Shown here: piece by piece, positions 18,728 to 27,990 of the stretch
How the letters are laid out: each line of letters opens with the position of its first letter
Position numbering within the stretch: the first letter of the stretch is position 1
Origin: Patescibacteria group bacterium
GTDB lineage: Bacteria; Patescibacteriota; Patescibacteriia; 2-01-FULL-39-33
Length of the DNA stretch: 64,000 nucleotides
Assembly: GCA_041645075.1 (NCBI GenBank)
Contig: JBAZQS010000001.1
Coordinates: 9,147-73,146 of the forward strand
Direction: 5' to 3'
Program-made: the position numbers and the translations under genes
Notes under the pieces: generated by a model
The model's input: the letters and a program-made list of their open reading frames with translations, nothing else
Told to the model about the DNA's origin: nothing
Databases searched by the model: none

Positions 18728-18811
18728 TGCCGAAGGAGAGAATCGAACTCTCATGACCGTAAGGCCACACGATTTTGAGTCGTGCGCGTCTACCAATTCC
18801 GCCACTTCGGC
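18728..18811 (-). tRNA. tRNA-Leu(CAA)
   Basis: GCCGAAG/CTTCGGC acceptor, CACGA-CT-CAA-AA-TCGTG, long variable arm. Confidence 0.95.
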
Positions 18812-18824
18812 TTATTAATTTTAG

Positions 18825-18896
18825 TAGCAGGGGCGGGAGTTGAACCCGCGACCAATGGCTTATGAGTCCACTGCTCTACCACTGAGCTACCCTGCC
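18825..18896 (-). tRNA. tRNA with CAT anticodon (Ile2 or elongator Met), copy 1
   Basis: GGCAGGG/CCCTGCT acceptor, CT-CAT-AA loop; GACTCATAA..TTGGTCG context resembles Ile2. Confidence 0.9.
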
Positions 18897-18902
18897 GCAT
18901 TA

Positions 18903-19005
18903 TCACTAAAACACAAAAGCACAGAAAACACAGAAAGCACAAAAACGTAGACCAGATAGTTGTTTCTATGTTTTTGTGTTTTTGTGCTTTAGTGCTTTTG
19001 TGATT
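18903..19005. repeat. Inverted 9-mer tandem repeats (CACAAAAAG-like / GTTTTTGTG-like)
   Basis: Degenerate tandem units followed by their reverse complements; related arrays at about 19137-19200 and 21083-21178. Confidence 0.6.
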
Positions 19006-19009
19006 TCTG

Positions 19010-19082
19010 TTGCGGGGGCCGGATTCGAACCGGCGACCTGCGGGTTATGGGCCCGCCGAGCTGCCAACTGCTCTACCCCGCG
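19010..19082 (-). tRNA. Initiator tRNA-fMet(CAT)
   Basis: C1:A72 mismatch, three G-C pairs closing the anticodon stem, CAT anticodon. Confidence 0.95.
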
Positions 19083-19101
19083 TCATTTTTAAACTTTTAT
19101 T

Positions 19102-19130
19102 ATTTTAGCATAGAATTGCCGCTTTGGCAA
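19102..19130 (-). promoter_or_regulatory. Promoter of the fMet-CAT-Leu tRNA cluster
   Basis: TTGCCA-17nt-TAAAAT with extended TG. Confidence 0.65.
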
Positions 19131-19385
19131 GAAACGGTCACAAAAACAAAAAAACACAAAAGCACAAAAAAACATGGAAACAGGAAAATGAAAATTACAG
19201 AAAAAATAAAGTATTAATTAAATTAATTTTTTTGTTTTAATATTTTCGTGTTCCAATGTTTTGATTTTATTTTAAAATAGAGGTATAATTTAAAGTAGTT
19301 TATCGTCGATTTGAATTATTATTTCCTATAACTATCAGCTTCAGTAAATAATTAATTTAAACATTTAATTACTTATTTATTAACC

Positions 19386-20954
19386 ATGGATAAAAAAATA
19401 AAATTAAAAACTCTATCTGGCCAAAAAATTGCTATCGGTTTTTTGCTGTTTGCTTCCGCCTTCTCACTTCTTGGTACTGCCGTGATGATGGCCATAGCTC
19501 CTAATCCCGTCATTGTTAGTTTTATTTCTCTTATTGACCCTAATAAAGCCACTATTTGGCGTGTCGGTGATACCGTGCAAATCAAATGGAACGCCTCTGC
19601 TGAAGTAAGGTATGTAGCCATGACTTGGACGAAGATTAATAATACGACCAACCGTATTGCCGGTTGGATTACTCCGCCCATGACCGGAGTAGTCAACACA
19701 GGCTCATATTCTTGGAAAATACCCTCAGTAGAACCCAATGGATATCGCTGGAATAATTCGCTTAATAAATATGACAATCCCGTGACCTTAAAAATGGAAT
19801 CCGGTTCCGATTATATTATTCAAATTTTTAATCATGACGGTCTTGATCATACCAGCGATCCCACGGGTAATACTGGAGCCCTGCTTCCATTTGTGGGGAG
19901 TGATTACTTTAATATAATAGCAGATAAAAGCTTTTTAGATTGTCCAATCAGTTATAAGCTGATATTGGTTTCCCAAGCCCATGTTGGCAATTTTAAAGAT
20001 GGTTCGGTTAGCAGTCCATTTAATACTTTAGATGAGGCCAAGGCGGCCGCTCAGGCGGATAGTAAATTAACCAGCGCCGCGCCCGGGTATTGCATTTTTT
20101 TGAATGGAGGAGAAGTGTTTACTAATTTTACTTCTCATAAATATGAAAATGATGCTAAAAGCAAATATGCTTTCGTCTGGGATTTAAACAAGCCCTTGGT
20201 TATGAGCAGTTATGGCACGGGTAAGGCGATTATCAGACAAAAGGATACGTCTATGCCGCCCTCGGCCCTTCTTATCGTCGGTCCGGATACCAAAACCTAT
20301 AATACTGAAGTTAAAATTCAGAAACTTCAATTTGAAAAATGGCAGGCACGGGTTATTTCCATTCGGTATCGTTCCAACGTTAAAATTGTAAATAATGTTA
20401 TTGATAGCGTCGGTACCAAATTTTTAGGGGATGAGGGTACCTCTGGTAATGGTGATAGCGATAGAATTTATGGTGATGGCATAATTTATCCCAAGGATTC
20501 AGATAATCTTATTTTTGACGGTAATATTATGACAAATATGATTAATAATACCAATGGCTCAGACAATAAGTATGATGATGTCCACGCTTTTTATTTGACT
20601 CGAGTTAGTAATGTTACCATTTCAAATAATACTATCAAAAATACCAGTGGCTCGGCCATAAAACCGAGTAAGGGCAGTAGTGATATCAGAATTTTAAATA
20701 ATATCCTAAGTTATGTCGCTCCCTATGTTGGTCAGGGCAGTTATGATCAATTGGGTTTTATTCGCTTGGATGGCGATAGTGGTTGTCCTAGTAACATTAC
20801 CGCTCAAAACAATATTTTTAATTATCCTTATTGTACTGGTTCTAGTTGCTCCGGTAATAAAAAAGCGCAACTTTGTTCCCAGGTTCATTGTAGCGGCTCA
20901 TGTAGTAGTAATATTAATTGGGTTAATAATACAGTGAACCTAAACTGGCAATAG
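19386..20954 (+). CDS. Membrane-anchored protein with Ig-like domain and right-handed parallel beta-helix
   Basis: N-terminal TM; WRVGDTVQIKW..NTGSYSWKIP Ig-like motif; NVKIVNNVI/NVTISNNTI/DIRILNNIL repeats; paralog of the giant protein C-terminus. Confidence 0.8.
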   Translation: MDKKIKLKTLSGQKIAIGFLLFASAFSLLGTAVMMAIAPNPVIVSFISLIDPNKATIWRVGDTVQIKWNASAEVRYVAMTWTKINNTTNRIAGWITPPMTGVVNTGSYSWKIPSVEPNGYRWNNSLNKYDNPVTLKMESGSDYIIQIFNHDGLDHTSDPTGNTGALLPFVGSDYFNIIADKSFLDCPISYKLILVSQAHVGNFKDGSVSSPFNTLDEAKAAAQADSKLTSAAPGYCIFLNGGEVFTNFTSHKYENDAKSKYAFVWDLNKPLVMSSYGTGKAIIRQKDTSMPPSALLIVGPDTKTYNTEVKIQKLQFEKWQARVISIRYRSNVKIVNNVIDSVGTKFLGDEGTSGNGDSDRIYGDGIIYPKDSDNLIFDGNIMTNMINNTNGSDNKYDDVHAFYLTRVSNVTISNNTIKNTSGSAIKPSKGSSDIRILNNILSYVAPYVGQGSYDQLGFIRLDGDSGCPSNITAQNNIFNYPYCTGSSCSGNKKAQLCSQVHCSGSCSSNINWVNNTVNLNWQ

Positions 20955-21003
20955 AATTTGAACATAAAAATACTCCAGATTAAATCCGGAGTATTTTTAT
21001 TTG

Positions 21004-21075
21004 TAGCAGGGGGCGGAGTTGAACCGCCGACCAATGGCTTATGAGTCCACTGCTCTACCACTGAGCTACCCTGCC
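21004..21075 (-). tRNA. tRNA with CAT anticodon (Ile2 or elongator Met), copy 2
   Basis: Identical to 18825-18896 except T-stem GGCGG/CCGCC versus GCGGG/CCCGC. Confidence 0.9.
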
Positions 21076-21194
21076 AGGATATCACTAAAACACAAAAACA
21101 CAGAAAGCACAAAAACGCAGATCAGATGGTTGTTTCTATGTTTTCGTGTTCCAATGTTTTCGTGCTTTCTGTGTTCCCGTGCTATAATATATTT

Positions 21195-21962
21195 ATGGGA
21201 CAAATAATTTCTGTCGTCAATCAAAAGGGCGGAGTCGGCAAGACCACCACCTCAATTAACCTCGCGGCTTATCTAAGTAAATTAGGTAAGTTTGTTTTGT
21301 TGGTGGACTTAGACCCGCAGAGCAACGCCACTTCCCATCTGGGCATTTCCCGCGAATTGGACCGGGGCGTTTATGAGGTTTTGACCGGCCCGTATTCTTT
21401 CAGGGATATTGTGGTGGACACCCAGCATGATTTTTACAAATTAGCGCCGTCCACTCAGTCCTTGGCTGGCGCCAATGTGGAATTTGTCAATTTGGACCGC
21501 CGCGAATTCCGTTTATATGATAATTTATTGGAAATAAGAAATGATTTTGATTATATCATTATTGATTGCCCGCCCTCTCTCGGCCTCTTGACTATCAATG
21601 GCTTAGTGGCGTCTGATAGAATATTAATACCGGTTCAAGCCGAATATTTTTCTTTGGAAGGGCTTGGCCAATTAATGTCTACGATTAATCTAATTCAGGA
21701 AAACGTCAAGCCCGAGCTTGATATTTTAGGCGTGGTTTTAACGATGTATGACCGCCGTTGTCGTTTAGCCAATGATGTCTTACAAGAAGTTTATCGTCAT
21801 TTCCCAAATAAAATTTTCCGCTCGGTTATTCCTAGAAATGTCCGCTTATCCGAGGCGCCGAGTTATGGCCAGACGATTTTAAATTATGACCCGAAGTCAA
21901 AAGGCGCCAAGGCGTATGAACGTTTAGCCAGAGAATTTGTCCAATATACCACTTCCCACTAA
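21195..21962 (+). CDS. parA: Chromosome partitioning ATPase ParA/Soj
   Basis: NQKGGVGKTT, DLDPQSNAT, IIDCPPSLG; start 21195 follows TGcTATAAT. Confidence 0.96.
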   Translation: MGQIISVVNQKGGVGKTTTSINLAAYLSKLGKFVLLVDLDPQSNATSHLGISRELDRGVYEVLTGPYSFRDIVVDTQHDFYKLAPSTQSLAGANVEFVNLDRREFRLYDNLLEIRNDFDYIIIDCPPSLGLLTINGLVASDRILIPVQAEYFSLEGLGQLMSTINLIQENVKPELDILGVVLTMYDRRCRLANDVLQEVYRHFPNKIFRSVIPRNVRLSEAPSYGQTILNYDPKSKGAKAYERLAREFVQYTTSH

Positions 21963-21972
21963 CTTTAATTTT

Positions 21973-22896
21973 ATGCAAAAAATTTCCGGATTGGGCCGCG
22001 GTCTTGGCTCATTGATTCCCCATAAAAAAAGCTTGTCCCCAACCACGATTGGGGATAAGCTTGTCCCCAACCACGATTGGGGAATTGCGTCGGAAAATAA
22101 TAATGAATTTGCCTCTCTTGCCGATGGCCAGGAAAAAATTATTCCCTTGCCGGTTGATAAAATTTCGCCCAATCCCCATCAGCCTAGAAATAATTTTTCC
22201 GAAGAGAGTTTGCGGGAATTAATGGACTCAATCAAAGAGCATGGCATTATTCAGCCATTGATCGTTACCAAAGAAGGGGATGGTTGGCAATTAATCGCCG
22301 GTGAAAGAAGGTGGCGCGCGGCCAAGGCCTTAAAAATGGCAACCGTGCCGGCCATTATCCGCGATATGACCGAACAGAAAAAATTAGAAATTGCTTTGAT
22401 TGAAAATTTACAGCGCCAGGATTTAAATGCCTTAGAAACGGCGGCCGCCTATCGAAAATTAATTGACGAGTTTAATTTGACGCAGGAGCAATTGGCCAAG
22501 AGAATCGGCAAGAGCCGTCCGGCCGTGTCCAATACGATTCGTATTTTATCGGCGGCCGAAGAAGTAAAACAGGCAATTTTACAAGAAAAAATTACCGCCG
22601 GGCACGCGCGGGTCTTGGCCGGCTTGCCCAAAGAGGACCAACTGCTCTTGCTGCAAAAGATTATTGAGAGCACCATGAATGTCCGCGAGGCCGAGCGGGC
22701 CAGCCGAAATATCGTTATCCAAAAGCATATTCGCAATCTTCCGTTTTATCCGGATATTGAAGCGAAAAAGGATTTGCTCCAAGAGGTCTTGGCCACAAAA
22801 GTGGAAATAAAAAAATCCGGCGGCAGTGGCCAGATTATTATTAAATTTTATTCCGAGGAGGAATTGGAAAGTATTTTTAAGAAAATAGTTAATTAG
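21973..22896 (+). CDS. parB: ParB/Spo0J partitioning protein
   Basis: GLGRGLGSL, LIAGERRWRA, ALIENLQRQDL, HTH. Confidence 0.96.
   Translation: MQKISGLGRGLGSLIPHKKSLSPTTIGDKLVPNHDWGIASENNNEFASLADGQEKIIPLPVDKISPNPHQPRNNFSEESLRELMDSIKEHGIIQPLIVTKEGDGWQLIAGERRWRAAKALKMATVPAIIRDMTEQKKLEIALIENLQRQDLNALETAAAYRKLIDEFNLTQEQLAKRIGKSRPAVSNTIRILSAAEEVKQAILQEKITAGHARVLAGLPKEDQLLLLQKIIESTMNVREAERASRNIVIQKHIRNLPFYPDIEAKKDLLQEVLATKVEIKKSGGSGQIIIKFYSEEELESIFKKIVN
22029..22083. repeat. Tandem 28-bp palindromic repeat inside parB
   Basis: AAGCTTGTCCCCAACCACGATTGGGGA twice. Confidence 0.8.
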
Positions 22897-22980
22897 TAAT
22901 TAGTAACTATTAACTAGTAACTGGTAATTTAATTTTTACTGATTACTGATTACTAATTACTAATTACTGATTACCGATTA
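22893..22980. repeat. Inverted heptamer tandem repeats between convergent parB and rel
   Basis: (TAGTAAT/C)n followed by (ATTACTG/A)n. Confidence 0.65.
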
Positions 22981-24438
22981 TTTCCTCATTTTATTTAACG
23001 CCGTCCTGATTTTGTTTTTAGCCATAGAGGTTTTGACATATTCCAGCCAATCCACGCTCGGCCCCCTGCGGTTTTTGTCGGTGATGATTTCCATGACATC
23101 GCCGCTTTTTAATTTATAATTTAAATTCACCATTTGGCCGTTGGCTCTGGCGCCCACATATTGATTGCCCAGAGAAGTATGGACATGGTAGGCGAAGTCA
23201 ATGGGTGTTGAGCCATCAGGCAAATCAAACACATCGCCTTTGGGGCTGAAGACAAAAATACGGTCCTGAAAAATTTCCATCTTTATGTCTCGTAAAAATT
23301 GCTCATTATCCCTGATTTGCTTTTGCCATTCTACTAATTCATTAATCCAGGGCAAATTTGGTTTGGCGATACTGCCATGTTCCTTATAATGCCAATGGGC
23401 GGCAATACCATATTCGGCTTCATCATGCATTTTGTCGGTCCTGATTTGAATTTCTATGATTTCGCCGTCATCGGCAAAGACCGTCGTATGGAGCGATTGA
23501 TAGCCGTTGGGTTTGGGCTGGGCAATATAATCTTTAATCTGGCCGGGCAATGGCTTATATAATTCATGGATAATACCCAAGACATAATAGCAATCACTGA
23601 CCGTCGGGACAACAATCCTTAAAGCGATTAAGTCATAGATTTTTGACAAATCCCGGTCGATCTCGGGCTTTAATAATTTTTTGTATAAACTGTAAATATG
23701 TTTGGTTCGCCCGTGCATAGATAATATTTTAATCGGGATATTTTCTGCCGCTAATTTTCTGCTGATTTCTTTTCTGGTTTTGTTGAGGTGTTTTTCTTTG
23801 CTTTTATATTTTTTCGGTAAAATTTGCCTGATCCAATCATACTCATTAGGATAAACATATTTAAAAGCAATATCTTCCAGTTCGCCTTTGATTTGGCCCA
23901 TGCCCAAGCGATCGGCGATGGACGCGTAAATTTCCAATGATTCGCGGGCAATGCGCAGTCGTTTGTCTGGGGGCAAGGCATCCAAGGTTTTTAAATTATG
24001 AAGACGGTCGGCGAATTTAATCAGCACCACCCTGATATCGTCGCTCATGGCCACAAACATTTTTCTTAAATTTTCCGCGTAACGTTCTATGCCGCGATAT
24101 TTTATTTTTCCTAATTTAGTAATGCCATTTACTAGCGTGGCCACTTCTTTGCCAAAATTTTTCTTTATTTCTTCAATCGGAAATTTGGTATCTTCTGGCA
24201 CATCATGAAGCAGGCCGGCAATAATTGTGGGTAAATCAAGACGGGTTTCGGCCAATTTTTGCGCCACGGCCAATGAATGGAGTATGTATGGTTCGCCCGA
24301 GGCGCGCCGTTGCCCGCGGTGCGCTTCCTCGGCAAAATCATAAGCCAATCTAACCATATCCAAATCATTTTCCGAATAGTTTTCTTTGATGGTTTGGATT
24401 AGTTTTTCCCATTCTTTTTGCGGCGTGGTCGGTTCCAT
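22978..24438 (-). CDS. rel: RelA/SpoT homolog (HD, synthetase and TGS domains; no C-terminal ACT)
   Basis: SGEPYILH, HDVPED, KFADRLHN, NGYQSLHT, AAHWHYKE, TPIDFAY; 486 aa. Confidence 0.93.
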   Translation of the reverse strand: MEPTTPQKEWEKLIQTIKENYSENDLDMVRLAYDFAEEAHRGQRRASGEPYILHSLAVAQKLAETRLDLPTIIAGLLHDVPEDTKFPIEEIKKNFGKEVATLVNGITKLGKIKYRGIERYAENLRKMFVAMSDDIRVVLIKFADRLHNLKTLDALPPDKRLRIARESLEIYASIADRLGMGQIKGELEDIAFKYVYPNEYDWIRQILPKKYKSKEKHLNKTRKEISRKLAAENIPIKILSMHGRTKHIYSLYKKLLKPEIDRDLSKIYDLIALRIVVPTVSDCYYVLGIIHELYKPLPGQIKDYIAQPKPNGYQSLHTTVFADDGEIIEIQIRTDKMHDEAEYGIAAHWHYKEHGSIAKPNLPWINELVEWQKQIRDNEQFLRDIKMEIFQDRIFVFSPKGDVFDLPDGSTPIDFAYHVHTSLGNQYVGARANGQMVNLNYKLKSGDVMEIITDKNRRGPSVDWLEYVKTSMAKNKIRTALNKMRK

Positions 24439-24524
24439 ATTTTGAGGGTATTATAGAATAGTTTGCATTTTAAATCAAAAAACGGGCAATTGGCCCGTTT
24501 TAGTAATTTTTTACGATTTACAAC

Positions 24525-26729
24525 CTAACCCCCGCATTCCTTATTACTGCATTTTATCCCTCCCTTTTTGTCTTCGGTCATGGGATAGCCGCAATCCGGA
24601 CATTTTTCGCCCGTGGGCTTGCCCCAAAAAGCAAAATCGCATTTGGGATATTGGTCGCAGCCGTAAAACATTCCCTTGCGGCTTCTCTTGCTTACCACCT
24701 TGCCGGTTTTGCATTTTGGGCAAGCCAAATTTAAATCCTCGGCCGCTTCTTTTTTAATGTATTTGCAATCGGGATATTTTGAACAGCCCTTGAACGAGCC
24801 ATATCGTCCTTGGCGCATTACCAAATTGGCGCCGCACTCCGGACATTTTTCTTCTAAAAGCACCGGCGCTTTTTTTTCTTCTATTTCACCGTTGCCATTT
24901 ATTTTTTTGGTATTTTTGCAGGCCGGATAATTTGAGCAAGCCAGGAATCTGCCGAAACGCCCCACTTTTATTATCATTTCACTGCCGCATTTTTCGCATT
25001 TTTCATTGGTTTTTTCTTCAGTGATTTCTTTTTTGCTTAATTCTTTTTCTTTGAGCATAAGATTTTTATTAAAAGGTTCATAAAATTCTTTTAGAATTTT
25101 TTGCCATTTTTGTTTGCCCTCGGCGATTTCATCCAAGTCATTTTCCATTTTGGCGGTAAAATTATAATCAACAATATTTGGAAAATGTTCCATTAAGAGG
25201 TCATTGACGATAAAGGCGATATCAGTCGGTTTGAGCCGTTTATTTTCCACTCTCTCGGCGTATCTCCGTTCAATAACCGTGGCAATGGTGGGCGCGTAAG
25301 TAGAGGGCCGGCCGATGCCCTTTTCTTCCAAAATTTTTACTATACCCGCGTCCGAATAACGCGCGGCCGGCTGGGTGAATTTTTGCATTGGATTTATTTT
25401 GAGGCATTTTATGGCCTCGTCTTTTTCCAGGGCCGGCAGAATTTCATCTTTAGTTGAAGAAGGATAAATTTTTAAAAAGCCGTCAAATTTTATGATTTGG
25501 CCGCTTATTTTGAAAGTGTATTTATCATCTTTGGTATTAATATCAACCGAAGTCGCGTCAAGACGCGCCGGACTCATTTGGCTCGCCACGGCTCTTTGCC
25601 AGATTAATTGATATAATTTAAATTGATTTCTATTTAATATTTTTTCCAGTTCTGGCGGAGTGCGGTGGGCCTCGGTCGGCCTAATGGCTTCGTGGGCTTC
25701 TTGCGCGCCCTTGCTTTTAGTTTTAAAATTTCTGGTTTCTAAATAATTATTGCCCATGGTGTTTTTGATATAATCAGCCGCTTCGCCGATAAATTTTTGC
25801 GACAAATTCAAGGAGTCGGTCCTCATATAAGTAATCAAACCAACCGAATCATCGCCACCCAGATCAATGCCTTCATAAAGCTGTTGGGCAAGCATCATGG
25901 TTTGTTTGGCGGAAAATCCCAAACGCCTATTTGCTTCCTGTTGAATAGTTGAGGTCGTAAATGGCGGCAAAGGATGGCGGCTAACCTCTTTTTTAATAAT
26001 GTCAGCCACATAATAATTCTGCTTGGCTAAAGTATATAAAAGATTATCCGCTTCTTTTTTTGATTTAATTTCCAATTTATCTAATGTTTTGCCGTCTATT
26101 TTTTGGAGCTTGGCCGTGAACTTTTCTTTTTGTTTTGTTTGAAAATCGCCAAGGATTTCCCAGTACTCTTCAATTTTAAAATTTTGGATTTCCCGCTCTT
26201 TTTCTACGATTAAGCGGACAACCACGGATTGGACGCGGCCGGCCGAAAGCCCGCGCGCCACCTTTTTCCATAATAGGGGCGAAAGCTTATAGCCGACCAG
26301 TCGGTCTAAGATTCTTCGGGCTTGCTGGGCGTCAACCAAATCAAGGTCAATCTGGCGGGGATTTTTCAGGGCCTCGTTAATCGCTTCTTTGGTGATTTCG
26401 TGGAAAGTTATTCTTTGGGTTTCGCCGATTGGCGTTTTGAAAATCTGCGCCAAATGCCAGGCAATGGCCTCGCCTTCCCGGTCTTCGTCAGTGGCAAAGT
26501 AAATTAAATCGGCCTTTTCCGCCAATTTTTTTAACTCGGTAACGCGCTTTTTTGCCCTGGTTGGTATTTCATAAGTTGGTTCAAAATTATGTTCAAAATC
26601 CACTCCCATTTTTTTTGTCGGCAAATCCCTGACATGGCCGAAAGACGACTCCACCTTGAAATCATTATTTAAAAATTTTGAAATTGTTTTGGCTTTGGTC
26701 GGGGATTCAACAATTACTAAGTTTTTCAT
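24525..26729 (-). CDS. topA: DNA topoisomerase I
   Basis: LVIVESPTKAKTI, DEDREGEAI, LITYMRTDS, C-terminal zinc ribbons. Confidence 0.98.
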   Translation of the reverse strand: MKNLVIVESPTKAKTISKFLNNDFKVESSFGHVRDLPTKKMGVDFEHNFEPTYEIPTRAKKRVTELKKLAEKADLIYFATDEDREGEAIAWHLAQIFKTPIGETQRITFHEITKEAINEALKNPRQIDLDLVDAQQARRILDRLVGYKLSPLLWKKVARGLSAGRVQSVVVRLIVEKEREIQNFKIEEYWEILGDFQTKQKEKFTAKLQKIDGKTLDKLEIKSKKEADNLLYTLAKQNYYVADIIKKEVSRHPLPPFTTSTIQQEANRRLGFSAKQTMMLAQQLYEGIDLGGDDSVGLITYMRTDSLNLSQKFIGEAADYIKNTMGNNYLETRNFKTKSKGAQEAHEAIRPTEAHRTPPELEKILNRNQFKLYQLIWQRAVASQMSPARLDATSVDINTKDDKYTFKISGQIIKFDGFLKIYPSSTKDEILPALEKDEAIKCLKINPMQKFTQPAARYSDAGIVKILEEKGIGRPSTYAPTIATVIERRYAERVENKRLKPTDIAFIVNDLLMEHFPNIVDYNFTAKMENDLDEIAEGKQKWQKILKEFYEPFNKNLMLKEKELSKKEITEEKTNEKCEKCGSEMIIKVGRFGRFLACSNYPACKNTKKINGNGEIEEKKAPVLLEEKCPECGANLVMRQGRYGSFKGCSKYPDCKYIKKEAAEDLNLACPKCKTGKVVSKRSRKGMFYGCDQYPKCDFAFWGKPTGEKCPDCGYPMTEDKKGGIKCSNKECGG

Positions 26730-26824
26730 AACTTAATTATTTAATATGCGATGCTAATATACGAATTCATTCTAATGATACTAATATTCGTATAATTCGC
26801 ATGCATTAGTATATTGGCATCGCG

Positions 26825-27922
26825 TTAATTCTTAATATAATTCTTCCCCCCCAAATCCTTTATCGCGTCCCTCATCTCTAAAATGGTGAGCGCGCTTGAG
26901 AGAGCATTAATTTTAAGTTTACTAAATTGGCTTATTTTGTCAATATGAATCGGCTCCTTGGACAATATTTTTAAAATAATTTCTTCCTCGGCGGTTTCGG
27001 CCCTGGCTTGATTTTCGCTTTCCGCTCCTATAATTTGTTTTAGATTTAATTCTTCTAAAATATCGTTAGCATTAATGACCAGCTTCGCGCCCTGCTTGAT
27101 TAAATTATTAGTGCCTTGGGAATTTTTATTATAAATACTGCCGGGCACGGCAAAGACCTCTCGATTTTGGTCCAGGGCATATTTGGCAGTTATCAACGAA
27201 CCCGAGCTTTCTTTGGCTTCTATGACCAAGGTTCCCAAAGACAGTCCGGAAATAATTCGGTTTCTTAAGGGAAAATTCTGTTTGGCCGGAATGGCGCCGA
27301 TGGGATATTCGGAAATAATGGCGCCGCCGTTTTCTATGATTTTTTTGGCCAAATACCGGTTGGTAGAGGGATAAATGCTTTGCCAATCGGCGCCCGAGCC
27401 AAGAATGGCGGTCGTGAGTCCGTTGTTTTCCAGACAGGCCTCGTGGGCGAGAGCGTCTATGCCCAAGGCCAAACCGGAAACAATAGTAATTTTTTGGCGC
27501 GATAAATCGGCCACGATTTCCGAGACGGCTTGTTTGCCATAAAGGGAAAATTTTCTCGTGCCCACCACGGCCAGGCAAAAATTTTGCAGGCCGTTTAAAG
27601 ACCCGTGATAATACAATAAGGCGGGCGGGTCAAAAATTTGTTTTAAGAGAGTCGGATAATCTTCATCAATAAATCGGCACGCCTTTAAATTTTCCTTTTC
27701 CAATTTTTCTAATTCCTGGTCCGGATTTATCTGGCTTCGGGCAATGATAATTTCATGAGCCAAATTTTCTTCAAAGCCCGCGTCCATTAAAGCCAGCAAA
27801 TCGGCGCGCCAGGCGCTTTCTAAGCCATGGAAACGTTTAATTAGTTTTTGAAAGCGAGTCGCGCCGATAAGGCGTATTTGTGAAAAGGCGAGCCAATATT
27901 TTAAATTACTGTTATTTACCAT
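26825..27922 (-). CDS. dprA: DNA protecting protein DprA
   Basis: VGTR, SGLALGIDALAH, FPLRNRIISG, GSLITA; adjacent to topA. Confidence 0.96.
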   Translation of the reverse strand: MVNNSNLKYWLAFSQIRLIGATRFQKLIKRFHGLESAWRADLLALMDAGFEENLAHEIIIARSQINPDQELEKLEKENLKACRFIDEDYPTLLKQIFDPPALLYYHGSLNGLQNFCLAVVGTRKFSLYGKQAVSEIVADLSRQKITIVSGLALGIDALAHEACLENNGLTTAILGSGADWQSIYPSTNRYLAKKIIENGGAIISEYPIGAIPAKQNFPLRNRIISGLSLGTLVIEAKESSGSLITAKYALDQNREVFAVPGSIYNKNSQGTNNLIKQGAKLVINANDILEELNLKQIIGAESENQARAETAEEEIILKILSKEPIHIDKISQFSKLKINALSSALTILEMRDAIKDLGGKNYIKN

Positions 27923-27950
27923 AGCTTTAATTGTTTTTTATCGCATGATA

Positions 27951-27979
27951 TTGACAGAAAATTTTTGGTATGATAGTAT
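27951..27979 (+). promoter_or_regulatory. sigma70 promoter upstream of the RNA cluster
   Basis: TTGACA-17nt-TAGTAT with extended TG. Confidence 0.65.
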
Positions 27980-27990
27980 CTCTTAAAGAA

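Noticed and set aside
18903-19200. CRISPR-like repeats near tRNAs
   Set aside because: Degenerate 9-mer tandem units without unique spacers
22029-22083. CRISPR array or parS site
   Set aside because: Only two abutting repeats with no spacer, no cas genes, and no match to TGTTTCACGTGAAACA
22978-24438. Truncated RelA as a pseudogene
   Set aside because: HD and synthetase motifs and TGS are intact with a clean end; as I recall, short Rel proteins are usual in CPR
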